A stretch of 64,000 nucleotides of DNA from the NCBI GenBank assembly GCA_043228905.1, contig JBHGNT010000008.1:6820001-6884000 (forward strand), given 5' to 3'. The stretch comes from Azolla caroliniana (lineage: Eukaryota; Plantae; Polypodiophyta). A program made the position numbers and the translations under genes. Below the pieces are notes generated by a model. It was not told the origin of the DNA and made no database searches. It saw only the letters and a list, made by a program, of their open reading frames with translations. Shown here piece after piece: positions 34,401-46,000 of the stretch (position 1 is its first letter; every line of letters begins with the position of its first letter).

Positions 34401-35807
34401 CTTGGGAGCTTATGCAACTGAATATTATGCATTACAGCAAACTCACGATCCATGAAACAAGAGTTGGCTCCAGAATCTAAGAGGGCAGAAGCTGGGACTC
34501 GATGGCACCTAGATGTGTTAAGCTCAACTTGTTCAGAGAAAACTGGACTAACTTGACCGGATGAAATGGAACCATAACTAGGGACAGATGTTACATGCCT
34601 AGGGCTGTCCAACCAAATGGTTTCAATTTTGGCTGGACTTACTCGTTTAACACATCATCTAATTGGCTCAAGACATAAAATTGGGTTATGAGAAGGCGGG
34701 GCAGAAATTGAGATGGGATTGTCATGAGCACTTGGTTAACTTCTCGTCGTGGTTTATGTGGACAATTCACAACAATATGCCCTAGACCACCATAATAGAG
34801 GCATAGACGATTCGCTCACCGTCGTTGCTTTTCAGCATCCAATAATGGCTCGGCTCGGCTTACTGCTTCAATAAGAGATTTTGGATCATCATGGAAGGTA
34901 CCCGTTAACAAGGTACCAACTAGACCCACACGAGCAACATCAGTTGGGTAACGACTAGGATGCAATTTAATCACAAGTTGTACCTGATTTAAAAATCCAC
35001 AAAATTGAGACCTTGTACCATCAAACTTGGCCGGCAAACTAATCTTGGGTACCTTCAGCGAGGTTTGAACTTCCTCCGCTTGTCGTTGCAATAGAGTAGT
35101 CTCCAATTGATGCACCCATTGAGATAATTCTTCATATTGTTGTACTTTCTCAACACTTACTTGTTGTAGGTCTCCAGCAATCTTTGATTTTTATGCTCTA
35201 GTGCCACGAATTTGGTTGTTAGCATTTCGAGCTCGGAGAGAACACGCTTATATTCTTGCTTGCTGACGGACTCAATAGTTGCGATAGAAAATTGCTAGAT
35301 TTGCTTGAATAAGGTTAAGATAAGAAGAAGAAGTTGGAGAAGAAGAAAAGAGATAGATTCGGTTCAAACTGTCGTGACTTGAGAATAGGAGAGAGAAAAA
35401 TAAGATGACAATAGATGGTAGAGAGAGAGAGAGAGAGAACACTAGAAATGGAAAGAGAGTTTATATTATAAGAGAGCAAGGATTACAAAGAGTAGGCTAA
35501 GGGGCTACAAATTGGTGTTGAATCGAATGAGTTGTGATGAATGAATAGACACCTATTTATAGGTCCTTATGGAGTATTCTAGAATGTTCTAGAATATTTA
35601 TGATATTTATGATATTTATGATATTTAATATAATCATGGAATATCCTAGAATGTTCTAGAATACTCTAAATATCTTGTAATAGCTAATAATACATTTATT
35701 ATAACTATACATCATATATGTTAGTATAATGGTTAAAGGTCTAACATATAGACCGAGACGTCTTGGGCTCGAATCCTTGTAAGGCCAAAATGTATGTCGT
35801 CATGACA
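31486..35807 (-). mobile_element. Chromovirus (Tcn1-like) Gypsy with RT deleted; LTRs 31705-32078 and 35370-35807 plus an extra partial LTR 31486-31700
   Basis: TSD AGTGG/AGTGG. Gag [44 protein letters not shown], chromodomain EYEVAAILDSK. PPT AAAAGGGGGGAT. Confidence 0.92.
35722..35780 (+). promoter_or_regulatory. tRNA-like module in the chromovirus U3 (other copies 31615-31669, 31993-32047)
   Basis: TAGTATAATGG, an anticodon-like arm GGTCT-AACATAT-AGACC, and GGCTCGAATCC 44 nt after the A box. Confidence 0.65.
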
Positions 35808-36110
35808 AGTGGTAGCTAATTAGCTACTACCATAGTTTAATACAATAGCTAATTAACTACCACTTAACTACTATCATACTTTATAGTGGTTAACTTGCTA
35901 GTACCATAGTTTAGTTCAGTAGCTAATTAGCTAACTAGCTACTACCATACTTTAGTAGAGTAGCTAATTAGTTGCTACCATATTAACAAAGAGTAACTAA
36001 TTAGCTAAGTGGTAGCTAATTAGCTAGTACCATACCTAAGTGAAGTAGCTAATTAGCTACTGTCATAGTCTAGAAGAATAGCTAGTTAACTGAGATGTAG
36101 CTAATTAGCG
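35808..36110. repeat. TAGCTAATTAGCTA satellite
   Basis: Same units, resuming after TSD AGTGG. Confidence 0.95.
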
Positions 36111-36907
36111 ACCATGTTGTTTTAAAATCTTGTGGATTAAGGAGGGTGCATGAGGTGTCTGGTGCTGATGACGTTGCAACCGATGAGGAGATAGTTGCCA
36201 ACGTGGTTGAAAGTAAGAGTCTTGTTATCACATCTCCTTCACATCAGCTCCACCCTATTCTTTTGGAAGATGGTATTGAATTAGGCAACGATGTGAAAAG
36301 CCATGAAATATTGGTAACAACATGTAAATCTGAGGTTCACAACAATAGTGTTTTTGAACACTTGATGCAACATTTCTTCAAATCTCAAAACCTTGATTCT
36401 ACCCCACTGAGCCCGACTACTGATAATGTCCAAATAGATCCCACAGTACTGGAAAAGCTAGAGCAAGACGCGGCTGACGTGCAAGCCACTGCATAGGTGA
36501 TGGAAAGGTTGTCATAGGAGGATACATTTGCGCAATGGGTAATAGAAGCAAGGCTAAATGGGCAACCGGCGAGAAAAAGGCTAAAGAAGGGGCCATGATC
36601 GGGGACAAGACCAATTACTTGGTCAAGGGGCTCTTGAATTGGAGTGAAGTACTTATTAGTGGGATATGATTGTTAGCGATTTTCCTAGGGTTTTGTGAAA
36701 TTTTACTATGATCTATTTGGACAAGTAAAACCTCAGATTGGTTGTTGCTTGATCCACATAATGTAATGGAACTCTATGATGTTTCTCCAAGATAATTATG
36801 TTCATGTTGTTCTATGATGGAAAATATTTCATGTTCATTATGTTGTTTTGTGAGACTGTTAGTTACTTTGTGAGTGTGAATATGTTGGTGTTTTCTGATG
36901 TTGTAGA

Positions 36908-37742
36908 GTCTAAAGGGTTTGAATCTATTGCTCCTAAGGCCGATGGCAGTGTGGAAACTGTTGATGTTGCTGGGCTGATATCGACCAGATCAGTATCTAC
37001 ATGCACCGAGCCAATAACTAAGTCGACAACACAAGAGCACCAGAATGTGAAGCCAAGCCCAACACAGTCGACCAGGGGTCTGAAGAGGAAAAGGACACCA
37101 ATTGTGCTGATAGAACCTGAGTTGATTGAAATTGATCATGTGCTACCAGTAATTGGTGTAACAAACACTCAGTTACAGTAATGGAAACCTAAACTATTAG
37201 ATGTCGAAAGAAGAGCCTTGATCTTGGAGCTTGATAAAATCTTGATGAGTGTCCGATATATGACACCAAGGAGGGACGCAAATCAATTTCTGGAGTGGGT
37301 TGTGCAATACTTTGATTTGTTTATTTGGAGTGAAAAAACATGTACAAATGTGTGGAAGTGTGTAGAACGATTCTTCCCGAAGTGGCAACAACATTTCAAG
37401 GGTCAGTGGACACAAGAGAATTGTGAGCAGAAGGATGTTGCAAGATTCAAAAGACTTTTTGATTTTTGGGCCACTTGGCCAAATTATAATGCCGACAATA
37501 CATTGATTCTGGATACAGAACATTTCCGACATTACTTCAACATTCGCAGATGCTGTCTCATTCTACCCGATGAAATGCCTGAACACTACTTGGTGAAAAC
37601 ATTGAGCTGCCAACTAGCTACATGGTTGTGGACTCCATACCGAGCTCGGTATGTAGATCATATATGTAGAGAAGTTCCATTGACCAACAAGAGCTTAGTT
37701 GTTTATAGGCGATTTGAAGACATTGGCAATGGGATGTTATAA
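36908..37742 (+). pseudogene. Last exon of a transposon-borne gene with an FCP1/NIF-like HAD domain (possible upstream exons near 30108-30933 and 36140-36540)
   Basis: RRALILELDKIL..TPRRDANQFLEWV..FDLFIWS..FKRLFDFW..YNADNTLILD matches the NIF/FCP1 motif pattern. One in-frame stop at 37179. GT-AG introns visible upstream. Confidence 0.65.
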
Positions 37743-38124
37743 ATATGTAATTTGATGACAGATTAATCAATGAAGAATTAAATGGCTTGTTTTGAGTAAC
37801 TTATCTATTGTGTAATTTTAAGAGTATGTTCAGGATTGTTGATTTCATGGTAGTGCTTTTTCTTAAAATTATGCAAACTATTTTAACTTGTACATGGTTC
37901 ACTTGAGTAAATCTGTATCTCAGAAAGAAGAACCCAAAATGATATTATTAAACTGTATATCGGAAAGAAGACTGTATATAAAGAAGATACACGATTTGAG
38001 AAAGAAGCACAAAAAGTAGACTGTATATCAAAAAAAAAACTCCCAAACAGGTCCATTAAACTGTTTATTTGCAATACATGTGCTTTGTTTGTTTTACAAG
38101 AAAACTGGTAATTGCTACTTGTAG

Positions 38125-39554
38125 CTACAAATTCCATGGCATATTGGTGTAAATACATTCATACACATTAGCACTAATTGTGTATAAACCTAAGCAGCTA
38201 TTGTATTGCAACATTGGGACATTGATGCACATGACCAAATGAGAGTACATGTATGCCATTGGCCTGTCTTCTAATAGCCTATACACATAATCGTAATCAT
38301 CTACTCTTGCATAAAAAATACCTTCGATGTAGAATGTCCCGGTAGATACAACATTTCCCAAGCATCTAATATATTCTATGTTGCACACTGTTTACCTCCA
38401 ATTTCCCTACACACACTAGAAGCAAAAACAAGTTAATTCTCTAACCACAATACAATGACCATGCAACGTAGAATAACCGTGAACAGCATGGAGAGATCGC
38501 AATTCGGGAATTCCTTGGCACTCCCAGGTCTTCTCCCTATTTACTTCATCTATCTTCACTTCCCAAAATTCACGTTTGATATCTTGAACCTGTGAGGAAT
38601 AAATACCACTTGTTGACATATTCACTCTTAAAAATTCAACTGCATGTGCTCCACAATTCATTTGCACATCATCTGCCTTTAGTTGTTCATGGGTAAGTGC
38701 CCGCTTTATTGTTGGGAGACAGATCCCTCCGAATGGGAAGGGAGAAGAACAGTGCTGATGAGCAAACTCGGCTGAGGCCGAAACCGGATGACGAGTACCT
38801 GGCTACGAAGAGCCGGATGGTGTAGACCCAATGAGAACTGAATGAGGAGTACCCGGCTACGGAGAGCCGGATGGTGCAAACCCGGTGAGAACTGGATGAG
38901 GAGTACCCAGCTATGGAGAGTTGGATGGTGTAGACCCGGTGAGAACCGGATGAGGAGTACCCGGCTACGGAGAGCCGGATGTTGCAGACCCGGTGAGAAC
39001 CGGATGAGGAGTACCCGGTTAAGGAGAGCTGGATGGTGCAGACCCGGTGAGGAGTGCTCACCGGATGAAGAGATATATTCCTAAATATGTTTCTGAGAGT
39101 CCATCGTGGCTATATTTGTAAATAGCCGAAAAGTCATATTAGTATAAATATGACTTAGGGCAAACTTTTATAGAGAGTTGTTATTCTTGTTTGCGCGAGA
39201 TCAGAGCGCATAACTGTGTACAGAAAGAGAGAGAGAGAGAGGAAGAGGTCGTTGCCTCTGTTGTAACAACCGCCTGTGGCGAAGATTGAAAGCTCAAGGT
39301 TGTTGCCTCGGTGCTTTACTGTTGTACACTGTAACATAGTGATAGTTTGCAGCTTGTGGGCTACCGTGGTTTTTTCCCTAGTTTGGGTTTTCCACGTAAA
39401 CATCCTATGTACTCTTCTCTTCACTGTGTCATGCATTCATTCCTGTTTTTTTTGTGTATGATTCTAAGCTCGATTGTGGCCGAGCGTTGTGCATAGGGGA
39501 CGTATAGTTCCCGTCATTTATAACAACACCTGCACCATCATGTTCACCTTTACC
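38125..39554 (-). pseudogene. C-terminal part of the Sola2-like transposase, split by a solo LTR
   Basis: GKGEHDGAGVVI|KRALTHEQL rejoins across TSD TTTAT. Then GIPELRSLHAV and RELTCFCF*C. The middle catalytic region is missing. Confidence 0.7.
38710..39516 (+). mobile_element. Copia solo LTR (807 bp) containing five 54-bp tandem repeats (38783-39052)
   Basis: TG..CA ends, perfect TSD TTTAT. Homologous to 6295-6870. Confidence 0.93.
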
Positions 39555-39555
39555 A

Positions 39556-39640
39556 GTGGCTAATTAGCTAGTACCATACTTTAGTTGAGTAGCTAATTAG
39601 CTACTACTATAGTTTAGTACAGTAGCTAATTAGCTAAGTG
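39556..39640. repeat. TAGCTAATTAGCTA satellite remnant
   Basis: Three units between the transposase fragment and the Gypsy fragment. Confidence 0.9.
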
Positions 39641-39656
39641 GTCGATCAGAACAAGA

Positions 39657-40192
39657 TCTCCGTGATTACTCAAGCCAAAACTCCGACAAACACGAAATCA
39701 CTCAGCCGGTTTTTAGGACAAATACGATGGCATAGTCGAATGATACAATACTTGGTGGACTTCGCCACGCCGTTACATGCCGCCATGCATTGGACTCCCT
39801 TCCAATGGAATGCAACGGAGGACAAGGCCTATGAGGCGCTGAAGATAATGTTCACACAGGCACCCGTCGTACAACCACCAGTTTGGGCGAAGCCATTCTA
39901 CGTGTTCATAGACACCTCGGACATTCTCCGTGATTACTCAAGCCAAAACTCCGACAAACACAAAATCACTCAGCCGGTTTTTAGGACAAGTACGATGGCA
40001 TAGTCGAATGATACGATACTTGGCGGACTTCGCCACGCCGTTACATGCCGCCGTACATCGGACTCCCTTCCAATGGACTGCAACGGAGGACAAGGCCTAT
40101 GAGGCGCTGAAGATAATGTTCACACAGGCACCCGTCGTACAGCCACCAGTTTGGGAGAAGCCATTCTACGTGTTCATAGACACCTCGGACAT
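39657..40192 (+). repeat. 268-bp tandem duplication within the RT/RNaseH linker
   Basis: Two adjacent near-identical copies starting at 39657 and 39925. Confidence 0.92.
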
Positions 40193-43033
40193 AGCAATAG
40201 GAAGTGTACTACGCTAGTTGCAAATTATCAACGGCAGAGCGTAACTATTCCACAACGGAGCGTGAGGCAGTAGGGATGATCTATAGTATCAATAAATTCC
40301 GACTGTTGGGGAGGAAATTCACGTTCCACGTGGATGATTCGGCACTACTGTATTTGGTGGAGAAACAAGCACTGACGGGGAAATTGGCGCGATGGATACT
40401 ACTGCTTCAAGAATTCGATTTTGTAATTCATCACCGCCCGGGTACGCAACACACAATGGCAGATTTTTTGAGCAGACTCAATATTGGAGAAACAATACAA
40501 AAGGATGACGACGACTTTCCGGACGCAGACATTCTACGGGTAATAGCACTAGCAGAAAGAACGAAAACAACCTTTCCGGACCGGTGGCTTATGGAAATGA
40601 CATAGTTTTTTGACTACGGGACTGCCTCCACCACAATTACGCACAGATGAGAAGAAACGATTAGCCATCCGGAGCCGTAACTTCTGCCTAGTAGAAGGAA
40701 TTTTATATCACAAAGGTAGTGATGGCATTTGGCGACGCAGTGTGCGTCAGGATGAGAAAAAAGCAGGCTTACTCGAACTCGGTGCAAAACGCGTACACAA
40801 CATGGCTGTGTTGGAGCAGGAACAACGACGGCGTCAAGCGTTTGTGGATCGACATCGGAACACACGGGAAAAGGATTTCACAATCGGTCGAGCAGTACTG
40901 GTTTTCCAAACCCGCATGGGCCATATGCTAGGGAAGTTATGATTCCACTGGACAGAGGAGCGGAAGAAGGCACGTTCCAACTAGGCACGTTGGCCGGGGA
41001 AGTCTTACGACAAAAGGTGAATGAGTTTCGCCTTAAACATTACCTGGGCCCTACGCCACCTAACCCATTCACCGTCGGACAAGACAAAGCCGGAGAACCC
41101 GCGGCATAAGTGGACGGCCCCACTTTTATCATAGTGTAAAAATAGGTTGTACGTAACCGTTACGAAAAAAAAAAGAAAAAAAAGAGAAGATATCGACACT
41201 ATTAAAAAAGGACTGAATACATGCACAGACTTCTAGACCAAGAACATGCGGCACCATGATGGCTCACTGCCCAATGAACCCTAGGCCACAAAAAGAAGGA
41301 AATAGAAGGTCTTCTACACAAATAAAAATCCACCTCCTAACTCTCAGCGCTCTCATCGCTCCCCTCCCTCACCTTCTCCTCCATCCTATCACAAAGCTCA
41401 AGCCCATCGCAACCACCAATCTTCTCCCCACGAGCCTACTCTGACTATGCCGATATTTATCTCTACCGCGTTACGTCGATGACTCGTAGAGAAACGCCTG
41501 GATGGGTACATCAGGGTCGCAGAGGCACCTCCACACCCGGATGCATTGGACATCGCCAAAAAGCTCAATATCGACACGATCACTAGCTCCTCCATCCGGA
41601 AAAAGTTGGACCTGTCATCACTAGGTGAAAGGCATTTCGAAATCCCTCCTACAGAGTCGTTGCAGAGGTATTTTGGCCCGTATTCCTCCTTCGTCAAGGC
41701 CTATAGAACGAAGGAGATCCCGGTTCCCTTTTTCCGTGAAGTCGTCATGTTCCTATTAGAGGTCGGATGCGTACACGTAAACGCATATGGGATGCCCAAG
41801 CAGAAGGCATGTATCATTATTGATACCTTTGAAGGGCGTACGATCGATTGGGGAGTCATCACAGGGCCAACATTAAGGGAAGGTCTGCACGCGTATCAAG
41901 GAGGCAAGAAACTCAGGCCTATCATACAACAGTACTTGACGGTACTATTCCCACCCCGAGGCCTGCCGGCACCGCAACCCAGCAGACCCATGTTGCCGCC
42001 CCGATCCGCGAAGCGCACGTTAGCGGAGTTAGTTGCCACAGAGTGGGAGGATGAACCCCAACCTGGCCAGTCGGACACATGAACAACGCCAGAAGAGCAG
42101 GTGGCGCGCTCTACGGAAGCGGCACTAGAGCCAGACGCCGAACCACGGCAGGATAGCCCTAGGACGAAACGGCGGAGGCTAGATAAGAAAGATGGGTGGG
42201 GATTAGTTAAAGAAGTACCCACGGCGGTGGAGACACTGACCGAAGGCGACGGCTCTGCAACTACGGAGCCCAACACCACCTTCGAAATAATCCGGGAGTT
42301 AGGGCCAATCATTACGGTCTAGTCACAATGAGGGAAGGCCGTATTAACGGCGGAAAGTGAGGTTTTGGCATATCCGGATATCCCGAACACGGCCCATGAG
42401 TTCAGCGCACTCTTGCAGTACATAACCTCTTTTGAGCTCATGGAATTCTTGGCAAAGCAATAGATAAAGGCCTCACAACGAATGGTCGAGGAGCACGCGA
42501 AGCGCCAGATGATCGAGCGCGCCTTAACACAAATAGCGGAGAGCAACGATCAGGACCAGTTAGCCAGAGTCGGCAGATGGAGGAACGCCGGGGTACGCCG
42601 AATGGGGATGGAACTACCCCCATTAAACACGGCCCTAGTCGAAGTCCATAGGGAATTGGAAAAGGTCAGCATGGGCGCCAAGGAGATGGCCATTAAAAAT
42701 AAGAATGTTTGGAAGAAGGTGAAACTAACCCAAGCCGAGCTGCAAAAAGCCAACGAACGCATAGCGGACTTGGAAACTAACGCGACTACGGCGCAACAGG
42801 CAACTCCACCACCAAACCATGCCATCGAAGCCTTGAAGGAAGAGATTGAGGCTTAGACCGCCATTGCCTCAAAAGCCAAAAGGGTCGTACAATTAGCAGA
42901 ATCAGAAATTGACCACCTCCGCGCTAAACTTCGCCAATCCTCAGACAGGGAAAAGGACATCCGGGCCAACGGCCGAAAGGCAATTAAAACCCTTGAAGAG
43001 AAACTCGTTGCGGAGACAACACAGCACACCCAG

Positions 43034-46000
43034 TGTCGTGAAGTACGAAAGCTTCACATTAAAAGTCTACAATAAGATAAATACGTAACTAAAATAACAT
43101 TTGATAATGTTTTATATATAAAGATAATATTAACAACACATGATAATATTAGATATATATGTAAAGAAAATTAATATATATATAGATAAATATATTATAT
43201 TACACGAACAAGAGAGGACTTGAACCAATAACCCCACCCTATGACTCTCAAATCTTACCATTTACTCTATACTAGTAATACACTTAAAGTAAAGCATACT
43301 TTATATTACATAAAGGATTTGCTTCATGATATAAAAGTAAAGTTGCATGTTGTATTCAATAGTATTTTGAGACTCGAACCCACAACCTCATGCACCAAAG
43401 CCAACACACATACCATTAGGCTAGGCCCTTTCTCTTTAAAATTATATTTTCATGTTTATTGTTATTGCATATATTGTTTCATACATAAAAGCTCAAATGA
43501 GCGAGATGTTTATCATGCATCACATGTAATGCATGAACGCCAAATGGTGATCATGCATCACATGCATTTCATGCACTACATGCATGACTTGTACCCTCCA
43601 ATGCATCATATGCATAGGGGCATCTATTTAAATGGTGAAAGAGAAGATCAAAGGGGGATATATATGAGATATCAATCAAATTATGTATTACATAAGAGAT
43701 ATCATAAAAATAGAGAAAGAGGGGAAGAAGTTGAACATAAACATGGAGCTCTTGCTTGGCGGTCGTGGTGGTCAACTCTCAACAAGAGGGAGGTGGTTCG
43801 AGCCTTATCTTCATCAAAATATTGAAGTGAAGATTGTAGTGGTCTACGATCAAGAAAGAGAAGGCGATTACCTTGCAAGACAAAGTTCGGAGGTTCAACG
43901 ACGTGCACAATCATTTTGTAACTCTTTCATGAAAATGATTATAAATTTCATACACTTTCTCATATATTATTTTATATCTTATCTTGTCTTATCTTATATT
44001 CCTTAAAAATCCTATTTTGTCATATCTTATTGATCTCTATTCACTCCATCTCTACTCTTTCGTCTCTTCCGTCCATAATCCCAATGATTCCTTCCTCACT
44101 TTCACGTTATCCTTTATGTGCGCAATGGTACGCTTCTAAGCGAGCCACGTCACGACACAAGTTGGTGAACCTGACGTGAACCAGGGAAGTAGAAGAGACA
44201 TCTAAAGTAAAGATCAACATCAACATGGCAAGTACGAGTACAATGGATCCGGTAATGTTGTTTATTGAAAAGTTGAATCAAGATCAATTATTTCATGCCT
44301 TACGAGAAGTCCGAGAGAAGATTGGTATGTTTGATGGCACAAATATTTCGAAGTATGTGAATATATATTATGATGAAATGGAAATGTTTGGTATAAATGA
44401 TGTCAATATGATAGCAAAGTTTTATAAATTAGTGGACATGGAATTAAGAGATAGAATTCATGAAATACAAGCATTGCATAGTTTGGATTGGAATGCATTC
44501 AAAGAAGCACTTGTGTCTGAATATGCTCGTGAGTATTTCTCTCGAGTTACTATGCGTTTATTTCATGAATGGATCTTAAAAGAAGATAAAGGGTTATCTG
44601 TGGCTGACACAAAAAAAGAGTTTGATAGGATGTATGGACACTTAAATCCAGAAGAAAGAAATTCTTTGTCTTCGCAAAAGGTTGCTTTATTTTTGTAGGC
44701 AGTTGACAAGAGATATAGAAAAGAATTGGAATTTATGCTTGAAGTGCCAAATACCGAGGATGGTATAACGACAGATTGGAATGAGGTAACAAATGCTTGT
44801 AAAAAATTTAAGAAAAGAATGCAAAGGAATGGTGTAATGCTACAAATACCACATGTGGAATCACAAATCGGCTTGAGCAAAACATCGAAGTTCAAAGACT
44901 TGGTCGAGAACCATCACACGAAATGGTCCATCAACCACGAGAAATGATCGAAACTAAGAGTGAGTCTTTGCTTGATGATTTAGTTCAAAGTATGAAAGAT
45001 CTAACAATTAAAGTGGCAAAGCTTGATAATGGTCAGACTTCAAGGTCAAGGGAACCATTTCGACCTCGATTCATGTGGTGTGATAGCCTCGAACATTGAT
45101 TACGTGATTGTGCGGAATATAAAGACATCGAAAATCGAGACTTGGTGTATTGGGAAAATGGTAACATTTATTTAACTGAAACTAGAAGTCCACTTACAAA
45201 GAACTTTGGTGATGGTGGTGTTAAGGTTAAATTTGAAGAAGCTGAAGCAAAGAAGGCTTCCGCAATGTACTACTCGGCAACGGCAGGACTGAGCCTCGAT
45301 GACATGCCATCCCGATCATCATTCTGGGAGAAGGTTGTAAGTACCGCACAAAAGCAAAAGATGAAGATGGAAGACCTTCGTGTTGCCGAAGATTCTGTAA
45401 GGAAAAACACTGGATGGGATGTTCCAGTAGATGCTATGACGGTCTATGCTCAGATGGCAGAACATTGAGGTGATAGTGGAAGAAAAAAGGAAAAGGCCGA
45501 ATGATGAGATTGGCTCAACAAAAAAGCATGAGACAAGAGACAACAAAAGAAAAGAGATGGACGCAAAGGTCGAAAAAGGTAAATCTGGTCCTTCATTCAA
45601 ATTAATGTCTGATATTGAAAAAGATACAGATTTAAATAAAGTTTTAGAAACCAGAATACTAGACAGTCGAGTAGAATTTACACTAAGAGAAGTGTTAGGT
45701 ATTGCAAAAAAGGAATTTCATGATGAAATAATTGATATTGTGCGAAGAAAGAAGCAAGTAAATGAGCAAGTTAAATAGACAAATCCGAATGCGGCATATG
45801 AAGTGGTGAGCAACGAGTCAAACAATATCATTGTTGACTCTCAACATGCATCAACCTCAATGATAAATTCAACAGATGTAAGAAGCCATTACTCTCGCAA
45901 ATGTTGGGCAAGAGCCACTACTGAGCATCATGTGAAGATTGGAAATGTTCCAGACCCCGTGATGGCACTTATTGATCATGGTTCTGAAATAAATATAATG

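Noticed and set aside
35715-35790. Functional tRNA-Met gene (CAT loop)
   Set aside because: No acceptor stem, weak T stem and non-canonical anticodon loop bases. Reported only as a tRNA-like module.
43241-43825. His/Met-rich ORF (also 47735-48241)
   Set aside because: Produced by ATGCAT-rich LTR sequence; no evidence of coding function.
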